In this document: positions 10,318-21,194 of the stretch, in pieces
Layout of the letters: every line of letters starts with the position of its first letter
How positions within the stretch are numbered: the first letter of the stretch is position 1
DNA from: Candidatus Hydrogenedentota bacterium
GTDB taxonomy: Bacteria; Hydrogenedentota; Hydrogenedentia; Hydrogenedentales; JAEUWI01
Direction: 5' to 3'
DNA: 64,000 bases
NCBI GenBank assembly: GCA_034669905.1
Contig: JAXMOL010000004.1
Span: 141,277-205,276 of the forward strand
Notes under the pieces: generated by a model
Told to the model about the DNA's origin: nothing
The model's database searches: none
The model's input: only the letters and a program-made list of their open reading frames with translations
Position numbers and translations under genes: made by a program

Positions 10318-10918
10318 TCCACGGCAGCCGGAGTCAATTCAGGACGCCGTTGCAACGCTCCGCAAAGGCGGGATCGTGGCCTATCCCACCGAAACGGTAT
10401 ATGGACTCGCCGTTGACCCGTACAATTTGCACGCACTCGATCTCCTGTTTTCCGCCAAGGGGCGTAACCGAGAGAAGGCTATCCTGTTGATTGTGGCAGA
10501 CCAGGCCCAACTGGCCGATGTCACAGCAACTGTTTCACCGCGGGCACAAGCCCTGATTGATGCCTTCTGGCCAGGCCCGCTCTCCATCCTGTTTCCCAAA
10601 CATCCCGAACTGCCCGAGGCCCTCGCGCCCGGTCTGGACAAGATCTGTGTCCGCTGCCCGGGTGCCGATGTTGCCCGGGCGCTTTGTGCTGCCTTTGGGG
10701 GGGCTATCACGTCTACTTCGGCGAACGCCAGTGGGGAGGCCCCCATAGCGCGCCTGGCCGACCTTCACTTGCCCCATATCGCGCTGGGCCTCGATGGAGG
10801 CACGCTGGCACCATCGCCACCGTCTACTATCGTAGACGCCGAAACCGGCGAGGTACTTCGCGAAGGCGTTGTCAGCCGGGCTGCGATCGCGGCAGTCCTG
10901 AACGACCTGAAACCCTGA
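10304..10918 (+). CDS. tsaC: L-threonylcarbamoyladenylate synthase (TsaC/Sua5 domain)
   Basis: AYPTETVYGL, KGR, FWPGPL, TSTSANASG, PSTIVD. Confidence 0.93.
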   Translation: MIVGDPRQPESIQDAVATLRKGGIVAYPTETVYGLAVDPYNLHALDLLFSAKGRNREKAILLIVADQAQLADVTATVSPRAQALIDAFWPGPLSILFPKHPELPEALAPGLDKICVRCPGADVARALCAAFGGAITSTSANASGEAPIARLADLHLPHIALGLDGGTLAPSPPSTIVDAETGEVLREGVVSRAAIAAVLNDLKP

Positions 10919-11003
10919 TTCCCCGCGGATTACTTGTGCTGGAGCCCCCGGACTCCCTACAATACCCCTGTTGAAACGAAGTCCAACCTACGGAATTTTC
11001 CCC

Positions 11004-11477
11004 ATGAATCTCGCTTTCGGATGTGATCACGCCGGTTATGAAGACCCTGCACCCTACTACGCCCCGGCACTGATCGAGTACCTGGAGTCTTTGGGGCACT
11101 CCGTAGAACATGTAGGTACCTATGGGCAGGGTTCGGTGGACTATCCGGATTTCGCAGAGAAAGTTGCCTGTGCCGTCTTGAACAAATCGGCCGATCTGGG
11201 AATTCTTCTTTGCGGTACGGGCATGGGAATCAGCATCGCTGCCAACCGCCACCAGGGCATCCGGGCCGCTGCCTGTGTGACGGAAGAAATGGTGCGGCTG
11301 GCCCGCAACCACAACAACGCAAATATCCTTTGTATCGGGCGCCGCATTCTATCCATTGATGAATGCAAGCACCTGATCGATATCTTTCTGAGTACTGAAT
11401 TCAGCGGCGGTGAGCGCCATGTGCGCCGCATCGACAAAATGGATCACCTCGGGCAAACGACCCGCACGACTTCCTGA
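11004..11477 (+). CDS. rpiB: ribose-5-phosphate isomerase B
   Basis: DHAG, SVDYPDFA, CGTGMG, ARNHNNANIL, GERHVRRI. Confidence 0.95.
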   Translation: MNLAFGCDHAGYEDPAPYYAPALIEYLESLGHSVEHVGTYGQGSVDYPDFAEKVACAVLNKSADLGILLCGTGMGISIAANRHQGIRAAACVTEEMVRLARNHNNANILCIGRRILSIDECKHLIDIFLSTEFSGGERHVRRIDKMDHLGQTTRTTS

Positions 11478-11540
11478 GTTCGTCGACCACCTCCACGACC
11501 CCGCTGCCCTTGAGCCCCTGACTGCAGGAGAAGTATCCCT

Positions 11541-12929
11541 ATGAGCGCATTGACGCCCCTGGAAATCGTCGAAGCCCTGGACCGCCATATCGTCGGTCAA
11601 AAGGAAGCCAAGAAGAAAGTGGCCATCGCCCTGCGGAACCGGTGGCGACGGCAACAGCTTCCCGAGGCCTTGCGTGAGGAAGTTGCCCCAAAGAACATCA
11701 TCATGATCGGACCAACGGGCGTGGGCAAGACCGAAGTGGCTCGACGCCTGTCGAAATTGGCAGACGCGCCCTTTGTAAAGGTAGAGGCTTCAAAGTTTAC
11801 CGAAGTGGGCTATGTCGGGCGCGATTGCGAGTCCATGATCCGTGAACTCACCGAAGTGGGAATCAAGCTGGTCAAGGAAGAGATGCAGCGCGAAGTACAG
11901 GGGGAAGCGGCGGCACAGGCCGAAGCCAAGCTGCTGGATCTCCTGTTGCCCCCCCAACCCAGCGGCCCCGAGAAGATTTTTCGACCGGGAGACCCCCAGA
12001 GTGGGGATGAAGGTCCCGCCAGAAACCTGGACCAGGACCCGGCCACCCGCACCCGGGAGATTCTGTTGCAGAAACTCCGGTCCGGCGATTTGGATAATCG
12101 GGAAGTCGAAGTCCGTGTCAAGGATACGGGCAACAGCTCCGTCATGCAGGTATTCGGCGCCAACGGGATGGAAGAAATGGGCGTCAATCTGCAGGAAATG
12201 ATGGGGCGCATGATGCCGCAAAAGTCGAAGGTACGGAAGGTCACGGTCGCGGAAGCCCGGGGCATTCTGGAGCAAGAGGCCGTCCAGGAACTCATCGACA
12301 TGGATAGCGTGACACCCCTGGCCATCGACCGGGTGGAAAATTCGGGCATCGTCTTCCTCGACGAAATCGACAAGATTGCAGGGCGGGGCCAACATGGTCA
12401 GGGCCCTGATGTCTCCCGAGAAGGCGTCCAGCGCGACATCCTTCCCATTGTGGAAGGCAGCACGGTCATGACGAAATACGGTCCCGTTCGCACCGATCAC
12501 ATCCTTTTTATCGCAGCAGGCGCCTTTCACATTGCCAAGGTGTCCGACCTGATCCCCGAGCTGCAAGGCCGCTTTCCCATCCGCGTAGAACTCGACAATC
12601 TGGGGGCCACCGACTTCGGACGTATCCTCCGGGAGCCCGAGTGTTCGCTCATTACCCAATACATCAGCATGCTGAAGACAGAAGGGGTTACCCTGGAATT
12701 TGATGACGCCGCTATTGACGCCATCGCCGCCTTCTGCCAACGGGTAAACGACGAGACCGAGAACATCGGCGCACGGCGTCTCCATACGCTGATGGAAAAC
12801 CTCCTGGAAGATATCTCATTCGAAGCGCCAAACCGCCCGGGAGAAACCATTCGCGTGGATGTGGCCATGGTGAACGACCGACTGGCCTCCAAAGTAGAAG
12901 ACCAGGATCTGTCCAAGTACATACTCTAA
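11541..12929 (+). CDS. hslU: HslUV protease ATPase subunit
   Basis: AIALRNRWRR, GPTGVGKTE, KFTEVGYVGRD, FLDEIDK, ELQGRFPIRVEL, ENIGARRL, C-terminal DLSKYIL. Confidence 0.97.
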   Translation: MSALTPLEIVEALDRHIVGQKEAKKKVAIALRNRWRRQQLPEALREEVAPKNIIMIGPTGVGKTEVARRLSKLADAPFVKVEASKFTEVGYVGRDCESMIRELTEVGIKLVKEEMQREVQGEAAAQAEAKLLDLLLPPQPSGPEKIFRPGDPQSGDEGPARNLDQDPATRTREILLQKLRSGDLDNREVEVRVKDTGNSSVMQVFGANGMEEMGVNLQEMMGRMMPQKSKVRKVTVAEARGILEQEAVQELIDMDSVTPLAIDRVENSGIVFLDEIDKIAGRGQHGQGPDVSREGVQRDILPIVEGSTVMTKYGPVRTDHILFIAAGAFHIAKVSDLIPELQGRFPIRVELDNLGATDFGRILREPECSLITQYISMLKTEGVTLEFDDAAIDAIAAFCQRVNDETENIGARRLHTLMENLLEDISFEAPNRPGETIRVDVAMVNDRLASKVEDQDLSKYIL

Positions 12930-12968
12930 GGCCGTGCCACTGCGGTACTAACGGGGAGCGCGCTCGCT

Positions 12969-13670
12969 ATGACCACCTTTGACGTCTTGCTGGAAGCCGG
13001 TGTGGGGGGGGCCGCCATGTCGGATCAGTCCGACGGCGACTGCGGATGGGCGGGGGCGGTCACGGGCACCCGAGGGCGCTTTCTCTTGGCCCAGCATATG
13101 GATCCCCCCTCCCTCGCCATTCAACGACAGGTCCACGGCACCCATGTGCGCACCGTGGGCCTGGCTACCCCGGGCTTGGGCGCCACCAGCCCCCAGGACG
13201 CGATGGGGGACGGGGATGGACTAATCACGAATGTGGTAGGCCTTCCGCTGGCCGTAACCGTGGCCGATTGCGTCCCGATATTACTCTTTGAGCCCCACGC
13301 GGGTGTTGTCGCGGCACTCCATGCCGGGCGGGAAGGTACGGTGGGCGGCATTGCCACCGAGGGTATACGCCAAATGGTCTCGGTGTTCGGGGCTGACCCG
13401 GGCGCGATTTTGGCGGTTATCGGACCCTCAGCCGGGCCTTGTTGCTATGAAGTATCTCCCGAAATGCGGGACGAATGTGGGGAGCAGGGGGTGGTCACCC
13501 GGGGGCGCCACCTGGACCTCTGGCAAAGCAATCGGGCCCAGTTACTTGGCGGGGGCGTTAAAGATGCGCATATCACGGTTACAAAGGAATGCACGATCTG
13601 CACGGAGCGCTACTACTCCTACCGCCGTCAGGGCACGGCCGCGCGGAATCTGGCGGCAATCATGCGCTGA
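12969..13670 (+). CDS. pgeF: YfiH/PgeF family peptidoglycan editing factor / purine nucleoside phosphorylase
   Basis: QVHG, TVADCVPILL, ALHAG, IGPS..PCCYEV, CT...YYSYRR; start uncertain. Confidence 0.85.
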   Translation: MTTFDVLLEAGVGGAAMSDQSDGDCGWAGAVTGTRGRFLLAQHMDPPSLAIQRQVHGTHVRTVGLATPGLGATSPQDAMGDGDGLITNVVGLPLAVTVADCVPILLFEPHAGVVAALHAGREGTVGGIATEGIRQMVSVFGADPGAILAVIGPSAGPCCYEVSPEMRDECGEQGVVTRGRHLDLWQSNRAQLLGGGVKDAHITVTKECTICTERYYSYRRQGTAARNLAAIMR

Positions 13671-13709
13671 CACGGGCAGGGAGAGCACGTGAAATACTGA
13701 ATTTGCGCA

Positions 13710-13739
13710 TTGCACCACCCCGGGCTCTTATGTTAGAAT
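13710..13739 (+). promoter_or_regulatory. sigma70-type promoter of the rimP-nusA-infB operon
   Basis: TTGCAC, 18-nt spacer, TGtTAGAAT extended -10. Confidence 0.55.
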
Positions 13740-13768
13740 CGGGCAGTCATATTAATGCGACTTCGCGG

Positions 13769-13795
13769 AAAAGTGGGTCTTGGCCCGCTTTTTTT
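13769..13795 (+). promoter_or_regulatory. rimP leader attenuator-like hairpin
   Basis: AAAAGTGGGTC-TTG-GCCCGCTTTTTTT short GGG/CCC hairpin plus U-tract just before rimP, matching the known widespread rimP-leader element. Confidence 0.75.
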
Positions 13796-13815
13796 GTTAA
13801 CTGCCGAGGTATAAG

Positions 13816-14274
13816 GTGAGCAAAGAAGAACTCGTTCGACGTTTCTGGTCGGTATTCGAGCCTGAAATACTCGAACAAGGGTACGATCTTGTCGAGGTTG
13901 AGGTAACCGGACAAGGGGGCGTACGTATTCTACGGATATATATTGACAAGGAACCCGGTGGAATTCGTCATGAAGACTGCGCCACCGTCTCCCAGTTACT
14001 CAACCCGCTGCTGGATGCTGACAATTTTATAAACGACAACTACATATTGGAAGTTTCGTCACCCGGAATCGATCGTCCGGTGCGAAAACCCAAGGATTTC
14101 GAACGCTTTACGGGTGAATCTATCACGATTAACACCCATTCTCCCGTACTAGGGCAAAAGAAATTCACAGGCGTGCTACGCGGCTTTGACGACGGACTCA
14201 TACAGGTGGATTGTGACGGAACCCTCTACGAGATACACGCAGAGAATCTTCGCAAGGCCAATCTAAACCGGTAG
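13816..14274 (+). CDS. rimP: ribosome maturation factor RimP
   Basis: LRIYIDK, YILEVSSPGIDRP; precedes nusA. Confidence 0.95.
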   Translation: MSKEELVRRFWSVFEPEILEQGYDLVEVEVTGQGGVRILRIYIDKEPGGIRHEDCATVSQLLNPLLDADNFINDNYILEVSSPGIDRPVRKPKDFERFTGESITINTHSPVLGQKKFTGVLRGFDDGLIQVDCDGTLYEIHAENLRKANLNR

Positions 14275-14295
14275 AGACCGAGCAGGGAGAGTGCT

Positions 14296-15501
14296 TTGGA
14301 CCAGAATTTACGTATCATATTGCAACAAATCGAAGCGGACAAGAGCATCGATCGGGAAACCCTGATCGAGGCGATTCGCAGTGCTATTGAGAGCGCTGCG
14401 CGAAAAGACGCCGGTAATGCGAGCAACATCACGGTTGAGGTGGATCCCGACACCCTGGCCTTCAAGGTATTCGAAATACGCACCGTGATGGAAGAAGTGG
14501 AAGATGCCACGACGGAAATAGCGCTGAAAGAAGCCCTGGAATTGAATGCGGCGGCGACGGTGGGAAACCGGCTTAAGATCCAGACCCACCCGAAAGATTT
14601 CGGCCGCATCGCCGCGCAGACCGCCAAACAGGTCATCATTCAGAAAATCAAGGATGCCGAGCGCGACAATATTTTCGATGAGTTCAAGCAGCGCGAAGGC
14701 GAGTTAATTACCGGTACGGTAAAACGCATCAGCCATGGGAACATCATTGTATCCATCGGCAAGGCCGAAGCGCTGATTCCCTACCGCGAGCAGTCACCCC
14801 GGGAAACCTATCGTCCAGGCGATCGTATTCGCGCGATTCTGGTCGAAGTGGAGAAGTCTTCCAAGGGTGCGCAAGTGATACTTTCCCGCACGTCACCGGA
14901 GTTGGTACTCAGTCTGTTTGAGCTGGAAGTACCCGAACTCTATGATGAGACCATTGAAATCAAGGCGATCGCCCGTGAAGCGGGTAGTCGCACCAAGGTT
15001 GCGGTACGTTCCAATGATGTAAACGTTGATCCCGTCGGGGCATGCGTAGGCATGAAAGGCGCCCGCGTGCGCGCTGTAGTGGAGGAATTGTCGGGCGAGA
15101 AGATTGATATTGTGCGGTGGAGTGATCAGGCCTCGGAACTTTGTGCCAACGCCCTGAACCCAGCGGACATCCTTCAAATTCTGATTGATGAAGAGCAAGG
15201 AAACATCCAAGTCGTAGTGCCACAGGATCAACTCTCCTTGGCTATTGGAAAACGTGGACAAAACGCCCGCCTTGCCTCTAAACTAATTGGTTGGAACATC
15301 GACATCCAAGGTGAAGCCACCGAACGCGATGCCGAAGTGGACGCGCTGTTTGATGATGGCGACGAAGCGGAAGCATCCGCGCCGGCGGAGACGGTTGACC
15401 CAGCTCCCGACGCGCCTTCGGAGCCCCCTGTTGAAGAAGTTGCTACGGAGTCTCCCGAAGGAGAAGACACCGCGGCAGAACGTAATGACGCTGCGGAATA
15501 G
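14296..15501 (+). CDS. nusA: transcription termination/antitermination factor NusA
   Basis: FGRIAAQTAKQVIIQK, S1 and KH domains (AREAGSRTKVAV, DPVGACVG, LSLAIGKRGQNARLA); TTG start. Confidence 0.97.
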   Translation: MDQNLRIILQQIEADKSIDRETLIEAIRSAIESAARKDAGNASNITVEVDPDTLAFKVFEIRTVMEEVEDATTEIALKEALELNAAATVGNRLKIQTHPKDFGRIAAQTAKQVIIQKIKDAERDNIFDEFKQREGELITGTVKRISHGNIIVSIGKAEALIPYREQSPRETYRPGDRIRAILVEVEKSSKGAQVILSRTSPELVLSLFELEVPELYDETIEIKAIAREAGSRTKVAVRSNDVNVDPVGACVGMKGARVRAVVEELSGEKIDIVRWSDQASELCANALNPADILQILIDEEQGNIQVVVPQDQLSLAIGKRGQNARLASKLIGWNIDIQGEATERDAEVDALFDDGDEAEASAPAETVDPAPDAPSEPPVEEVATESPEGEDTAAERNDAAE

Positions 15502-15600
15502 CCCGTGTGTGCGCCCGGTGTGAACTTAATACTTAGATGGTCCGTCACCATGAGTTGACGACATCTCGATACGATATATTATCTCGGAGGACAAGAAATC

Positions 15601-18600
15601 ATGCAGACAGTTGCCAGCCTGGCAAAACGTCTAGATATGACTGCGGAGGAAGCCGTTGCGACCCTGTGCAAGCTGGGTTTTGACGTCGAAGGCGTCGAAA
15701 CGGACATCGATGACGACCAATGTGATCTACTCATCGACGTAGACGAAGATCCATCCGCACTTGACGCCTATCTCCAAGAGCGAAAAAAAGAAGAAGAAGC
15801 CCGACGCAAGAAAGCGGAGCGGCTTCAGAAGGCGGCAAAGAAAGCCGCAGCGAAGAAAGCAGCGGCCGCGAAGAAAAAGGCGGCAACCGCCGAGGTCGTG
15901 GCGGAAACTCCTCCCGAGGAGGAAGCTGAAAAAGCGGAAGCAACCCCCCCCGAGGTGATATCGGAGGTCATCGTGGTTGAAACGGAGCCACCGGCTCCTG
16001 AACCAACGACGGTGGAAACCGAGAAAGAAGCCCCCGTAGTGGCACCTGTCGTAGAGGAAGCACCGGTCATCGAAGAGAAGCCGGAAGTGGTCCCTGAAGA
16101 AAAGCCCGTACCCGCCGAGCCGGAAGTCGCTCCGGAAGTTCCTGAACCGGAAGTAGCCGCCGAGGCGGCGACGCCCGAAGTTGCTGCACCCGAAGCCGTA
16201 CCTGCCGAGAAGACACCGGCTCCGGAGAGCGCTGAAGTGGAAGTACAAGCAACTGTCGACGAGTCCCCTGTGGCTGAAATCCTTCCGCCAGCAGATCCCG
16301 CCGCGCAAGCGGCCGACGCGGAAAAACAGCGTCGTAATGCCGATGCACCGGCCCATGAGAGCACCCTGGCAAAAGCGGAAATCCTTCATGACAAGGAAGA
16401 GGAGCAGCGTGAGGCGAAACCCGCCAAGCCGGCCCGCCCCCTTCCGACCCCTGATCCCGAAGTGGTTGCGGCGGTCATTCGCCGAGACCGCGAGAAGCGC
16501 CTGGGGCTGAATCGCCCCGGTGGTGCTCCCGGAGGTCCCCGCAATCGGGGTGCCGCAGGCGGCCCCGGCGGTGGACGTGACAATTCCAATGCCCCCGCAC
16601 GGCCCGGTCGTTCGGCCCCGCCGAGTATCGAGGAAGAAGGTCGCCGCGAACAGCAGTTTCGTAACGCACCCCGCAAGCCATCGGCTATCGCGGGCAAAGC
16701 GGTACGTAAGAAGCCAAAGCGCGCGGAACGCGCCCGGGTTATTGAAAGCCATTTGCGTCGTGATGCAGCCGCAGCCGTTCGAGAATTCCAGTCGGGCGCC
16801 GGTGGTGCCGGCTCCAAGAAGCGCAAGAAAAAGCGCCAGACCGATGTCGAGCCCGTGGTGGTGGAGAAGGTAGGCGGCACGATCGAAGTCGATGAGACCA
16901 TGACCGTCGAGCAGGTGGCCGATGCCATGTCGGTACCCGTAAATGATCTCATTCTGGACCTCATGGACGACAACATGATGGTCACGAAGAATCAAAGCCT
17001 GGACATTGATGTCATTCGCAAGCTCGCGGGCAAACGGCAGTTCGAAGTTCATTCGATCATTCCGGAAGAAGACGCGGTCTTGGCAGAAGAACCGGATGAT
17101 CCTGCCGATCTCAAGCTCCGTGCCCCCGTCGTCACGATCATGGGTCACGTGGACCATGGTAAGACCTCCCTTCTGGACGTAGTCCGCAAGGCCAACGTTG
17201 TGGATGGCGAAGCTGGCGGTATCACGCAGCACATCGCCGCCTATGACGTCGAGTTGGCCGGTGGCCGCATCGTGTTCCTGGATACCCCGGGTCACGAGGC
17301 CTTCACACAGATGCGTTCTCGTGGTGCCAGCGTAACCGACGTGGTCGTACTCGTTGTCGCCGCCGACGATGGGGTGAAGCCCCAGACGATTGAGGCAATC
17401 GATCACGCCAAAGCGGCGGAAGTACCCATCGTCGTGGCTATCAACAAGTGCGATAAGCCCGATGCACAGCCTGACAAAGTACGTGCCGAACTGGCGAATT
17501 ATGGCCTTCAAGACGATCAATGGGGTGGCGACGTCACCATGAAGAACGTCTCCGCCCACAGTGGTGAAGGCATTAATGAACTGATGGAGCTCCTGGTTCT
17601 GGAGTCCGAAATGCTGGAGTTGAAGGCCAATCCGGACAAGAAGGGCCGCGGCGCGATTGTTGAAGCCGAACTCTCTCTTGGACACGGTCCTGTGGCGTGG
17701 GTATTGGTTCAGTCCGGTACCTTACGTGTGGGTGACGTCTTCCTTTCCGGTGAGACCTATGGTCGCGTTCGGACCATGACCAATTCCAAGGGCCGTCAGG
17801 TCAAGGAAGCGGATCCCTCGACGCCGGTTCTCGTAACGGGCTTCAGCGCGGTACCCGAGGCAGGCGACCAGTTCTTCGTGCTGGAAGAAGAGCGTGTTGC
17901 GCGCTCCATCGCAGACAAGCGTGCCGCCCACAAGCGACAGAAGCGCGGTGCAGCAAGCAGCAAGCACATGACCCTGGAAGATTTCCACGCCCTGATGGAA
18001 GGTGTCGAGCAGAAGACGCTCAACATCATCGTCAAGGCCGACGCACAGGGTTCTGCTGACGTAATCGGTTCCAGTTTCGCCAAATTGGGCAACGAGGAAG
18101 TCTCCATCAATGTGGTGCACTCGGGTGTCGGTGGCGTAAACGAGTCCGACGTATTGCTGGCCAGTGCGAGTGACGCGGTGATTATCGGATTCCACGTGAC
18201 CGCCAATGCCAAGGTCAAGGCCATGGCAGAGGAAGAAGGCGTCGACATCCGTACTTACCTCATTATCTACGAGGCCATCGACGAAGTGCAGCGCGCCCTG
18301 GAAGGCATGCTGACACCGGACAAGAAAGAAGTCATCGTTGGCCACGCAGAAATCCGCCAGGTATTCCGCTCTTCCAAGGTGGGGAACATCGCGGGTTCCA
18401 TCCAGTTGGATGGTGAAACGGTACGTGGGGCAATGGCCCGCCTTATCCGTGACGATGTCGTGGTTTACACGGGCAAAATTGCTACCGTACGCCGTGAGAA
18501 AGACGAGGTCAAATCGGTTTCTCAAGGCTTCGAGTGCGGTCTCAAGCTTGACCGCTTTGACGACATTCAGACCGGTGATATTATCGAAACGTACCGCGTA

Positions 18601-18627
18601 GAGAGTGTTGCCAAAAAACTCGCCTAG
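15601..18627 (+). CDS. infB: translation initiation factor IF-2
   Basis: [21 protein letters not shown]-domain motifs; long Glu/Pro/Ala-rich N-terminal region. Confidence 0.98.
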   Translation: MQTVASLAKRLDMTAEEAVATLCKLGFDVEGVETDIDDDQCDLLIDVDEDPSALDAYLQERKKEEEARRKKAERLQKAAKKAAAKKAAAAKKKAATAEVVAETPPEEEAEKAEATPPEVISEVIVVETEPPAPEPTTVETEKEAPVVAPVVEEAPVIEEKPEVVPEEKPVPAEPEVAPEVPEPEVAAEAATPEVAAPEAVPAEKTPAPESAEVEVQATVDESPVAEILPPADPAAQAADAEKQRRNADAPAHESTLAKAEILHDKEEEQREAKPAKPARPLPTPDPEVVAAVIRRDREKRLGLNRPGGAPGGPRNRGAAGGPGGGRDNSNAPARPGRSAPPSIEEEGRREQQFRNAPRKPSAIAGKAVRKKPKRAERARVIESHLRRDAAAAVREFQSGAGGAGSKKRKKKRQTDVEPVVVEKVGGTIEVDETMTVEQVADAMSVPVNDLILDLMDDNMMVTKNQSLDIDVIRKLAGKRQFEVHSIIPEEDAVLAEEPDDPADLKLRAPVVTIMGHVDHGKTSLLDVVRKANVVDGEAGGITQHIAAYDVELAGGRIVFLDTPGHEAFTQMRSRGASVTDVVVLVVAADDGVKPQTIEAIDHAKAAEVPIVVAINKCDKPDAQPDKVRAELANYGLQDDQWGGDVTMKNVSAHSGEGINELMELLVLESEMLELKANPDKKGRGAIVEAELSLGHGPVAWVLVQSGTLRVGDVFLSGETYGRVRTMTNSKGRQVKEADPSTPVLVTGFSAVPEAGDQFFVLEEERVARSIADKRAAHKRQKRGAASSKHMTLEDFHALMEGVEQKTLNIIVKADAQGSADVIGSSFAKLGNEEVSINVVHSGVGGVNESDVLLASASDAVIIGFHVTANAKVKAMAEEEGVDIRTYLIIYEAIDEVQRALEGMLTPDKKEVIVGHAEIRQVFRSSKVGNIAGSIQLDGETVRGAMARLIRDDVVVYTGKIATVRREKDEVKSVSQGFECGLKLDRFDDIQTGDIIETYRVESVAKKLA

Positions 18628-18639
18628 GTATAGGACGCT

Positions 18640-18921
18640 GTGACGATTGGCATCCTGCATATAGACTTTTTGATTGACGGCGCCCGCTCGTTGAAAGACA
18701 AGCGGCGCGTCGTCAAAAGTCTTAAGGAGCAGGTCCGCAGTCGTTTTAACTGCAGTGTCGCAGAAACCGCGTACCAGGATTTATGGCAGCGGGCGCGCTT
18801 AACCGCCGTCGTCGTTTCCAATGAATCTCGCCACGCAAACACCCAGTTAAATGAGATCGGTCGCTTTATTGAAACCCGAATCGGCGGAAGTATCGTCGAC
18901 TATCAGATAGAGATGTTATGA
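18640..18921 (+). CDS. DUF503 (YlxP-like) protein
   Basis: SLKDKRRVVKSL...FNCSVAE...QDLWQR; conserved position between infB and rbfA. Confidence 0.88.
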   Translation: MTIGILHIDFLIDGARSLKDKRRVVKSLKEQVRSRFNCSVAETAYQDLWQRARLTAVVVSNESRHANTQLNEIGRFIETRIGGSIVDYQIEML

Positions 18922-20261
18922 GTACAAAAGGACGTGGACAACGGGTTGGTGAACTGATCCGGCAGGAAATCGCACAACTTCTGACCAAGGGGCTCAAAGA
19001 TCCCCGTATTGGATTTGTGTCGGTGATGGACGTGGAAATGTCCAAGGATCTTCACTACGCTACGGTGAACGTCAGTCTCTACGGCTCCGAGAAGGAACGG
19101 AAAGGTTCCTTGATCGGGCTGCAGAATTCCTCGGGGTGGATTCGCCGGGAAGTGGGTAAGAACGTACGGCTTCGTTTTACCCCGGAGATTCGCTTCAAAG
19201 CGGATGACACCCTGGACAACGTCTATGCACTTCAGCGCGTCTTCGATGAAATTCGCGATGAACGAAAAGGCGAGCCCATGATCGGTATCGGTTTACCCGC
19301 CGTTATTGAGGAACTGAAGAACGCGAACTCCTTCCTGATTACCAGCCATGTCAGCCCCGATGGGGACGCCGTGGGAAGTATCCTCACCCTGCGCTATCTG
19401 CTGGAAGCCCTGGGTAAGCGCGAAATCACCTGCATGTTGGCCGACCCCATTCCGGATGTCTACAAGACCCTGCCCGGCGCTGGGGACATCAAGACGCCGG
19501 AGGCCGAGATTCCCGCCTATGACCTGGCGGTCGTTGTCGATGTAGCCCGACTGGAACGGGTGGGCGCGGTGGCCAACCACATTTCCGACACCCAGAAAAT
19601 CCTTATCATTGACCATCATCTGGAAGAAAGCCCCAACGGAACGTCTGGATTTATCGATTCGACGTATGCCGCCACCGGTGAGATCATGGTGGACCTTTAT
19701 GAGGAATCTGGCAAGACACTGAGTCCCGAGGCCGCGAAATGCGCCTATGTGGCCCAGGTGACGGATACCGGTGGCTATCGGTACTCCAACACCAGTGCCC
19801 GTTCCCATCGCATCGCCGCCACGCTCCACGAAAGCGGCATTGATCACGCCGAAATCTGCAGCGAAATTTTCGAGCGAAATTCCCGCGCCAAGATGGCCCT
19901 GCTTATGCTCGTTCTGGACCGCATGGATTTCCGATGCGACGGACGGGTAGCCTCCTCCTATGTGACGAGTCAGGACGTGGAGCAGGCGGGCGGAAAGAAA
20001 GAGGACTTGAATGGCCTCGTGAATTTCCTGCGCAGCACCGAAGGGGTGGTTGCCGGCATTCTCTTCAATGGCGTCGACGAATCGACCACCAAGGCCAGTG
20101 TACGTTCCGACAAGCAGTTCAACGCGGCGGGCTTTCTGAAAGACTTCGGCGGCGGCGGACACGCAGCGGCGGCGGGGGTCACGATGAATGAACCCCTGGA
20201 GAGCGCCATGGAACGGGTGCTGACCGCACTGGAATCCAGTGTTGGGGCGGGTAATTCATGA
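18918..20261 (+). CDS. rbfA: RbfA fused to DHH/DHHA1 phosphoesterase (NrnA-like oligoribonuclease/pAp phosphatase)
   Basis: First ~118 aa RbfA (KDPRIGFVSV, LRFTPEIRF); then SHVSPDGDAVGS, IDHH, TDTGGYRY, GGGGHAAAAG; no stop between the domains. Confidence 0.9.
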   Translation: MSTKGRGQRVGELIRQEIAQLLTKGLKDPRIGFVSVMDVEMSKDLHYATVNVSLYGSEKERKGSLIGLQNSSGWIRREVGKNVRLRFTPEIRFKADDTLDNVYALQRVFDEIRDERKGEPMIGIGLPAVIEELKNANSFLITSHVSPDGDAVGSILTLRYLLEALGKREITCMLADPIPDVYKTLPGAGDIKTPEAEIPAYDLAVVVDVARLERVGAVANHISDTQKILIIDHHLEESPNGTSGFIDSTYAATGEIMVDLYEESGKTLSPEAAKCAYVAQVTDTGGYRYSNTSARSHRIAATLHESGIDHAEICSEIFERNSRAKMALLMLVLDRMDFRCDGRVASSYVTSQDVEQAGGKKEDLNGLVNFLRSTEGVVAGILFNGVDESTTKASVRSDKQFNAAGFLKDFGGGGHAAAAGVTMNEPLESAMERVLTALESSVGAGNS

Positions 20262-21157
20262 ATGGGATCCTGCTGATTGACAAACCGGCGGGAATGACAT
20301 CCCACGACGTGGTGGATCGGGTACGTAAGGCGGCCCAGATGCGTCGCGTCGGTCATACGGGAACACTTGATCCCGCGGCAACGGGACTCCTGATTATATG
20401 CCTGGGCACCGCCACCCGCCTTTCCGAGCACTTTACCGCACTGGGCAAGACCTACGAAGGCACCATGCGACTCGGTCTCACGACGAGCAGTTATGACCTG
20501 GAGGGGGAAGTGCTGACCGAATCGGCTATACCCCCCTTGGATATGGACGCGATCCAGGCCCACTGCACCCGCTTCACCGGCGATCTAAAGCAGGTTCCGC
20601 CCATGGTGAGTGCGGTTCGCATTGGTGGTGAACGGCTCTATAAGAAGGCCCGGAAGGGCGAAATCGTTGAACGTCCCCCCCGGGACGTCCGCGTTGATGC
20701 CTTCGACGTGTTGTCCTATGAAGCGCCCGACGCCCTGGTGCGTGTCACCTGCTCCAGTGGCACCTATGTTCGCAGTTTGTGTCATGACGTGGGTAGCGCC
20801 ATTGGCTGTGGGGCCGTGTTGGCTACCCTGCGCCGCATCGCGGTCGGGCGTCACCACGTGGATCAGGCGGCGCTCCTCGACAGTCTCGAGTCCCCGGAGC
20901 ACGTGGCCGAGCGCTTGCTCCCCATGGGAAGTGCCCTTGAGCTGCCCGTGGGAATTCTGGATCCAGCCGCCCTGGCGACGCTCACCAACGGCGGTGGCCT
21001 GACCAGCATGGATCTGTTGGAGGGCTGTCCTGTGGTTACGGGTTGGTTGCAAATAAAAGACGAAGAGGGTACGCTGCTCGCCCTGGCCCAGGTGGAAACC
21101 CATCCGCAAGAAACCCGGATACTTCCCAAGCGCGTGTTTTGTGCTGGCCAGAACTGA
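20258..21157 (+). CDS. truB: tRNA pseudouridine(55) synthase
   Basis: DKPAGMTSHDVV, GHTGTLDPAATG, QVPPMVSA, CSSGTYVRSL. Confidence 0.97.
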   Translation: MNGILLIDKPAGMTSHDVVDRVRKAAQMRRVGHTGTLDPAATGLLIICLGTATRLSEHFTALGKTYEGTMRLGLTTSSYDLEGEVLTESAIPPLDMDAIQAHCTRFTGDLKQVPPMVSAVRIGGERLYKKARKGEIVERPPRDVRVDAFDVLSYEAPDALVRVTCSSGTYVRSLCHDVGSAIGCGAVLATLRRIAVGRHHVDQAALLDSLESPEHVAERLLPMGSALELPVGILDPAALATLTNGGGLTSMDLLEGCPVVTGWLQIKDEEGTLLALAQVETHPQETRILPKRVFCAGQN

Positions 21158-21194
21158 TATTGCAACGGCTTGATTCACGTACGGAGTCACTCCT

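Noticed and set aside
15880..16330. Repetitive Glu/Pro/Ala/Val-coding tract in infB
   Set aside because: Low-complexity N-terminal linker, normal for IF-2; not a DNA repeat array
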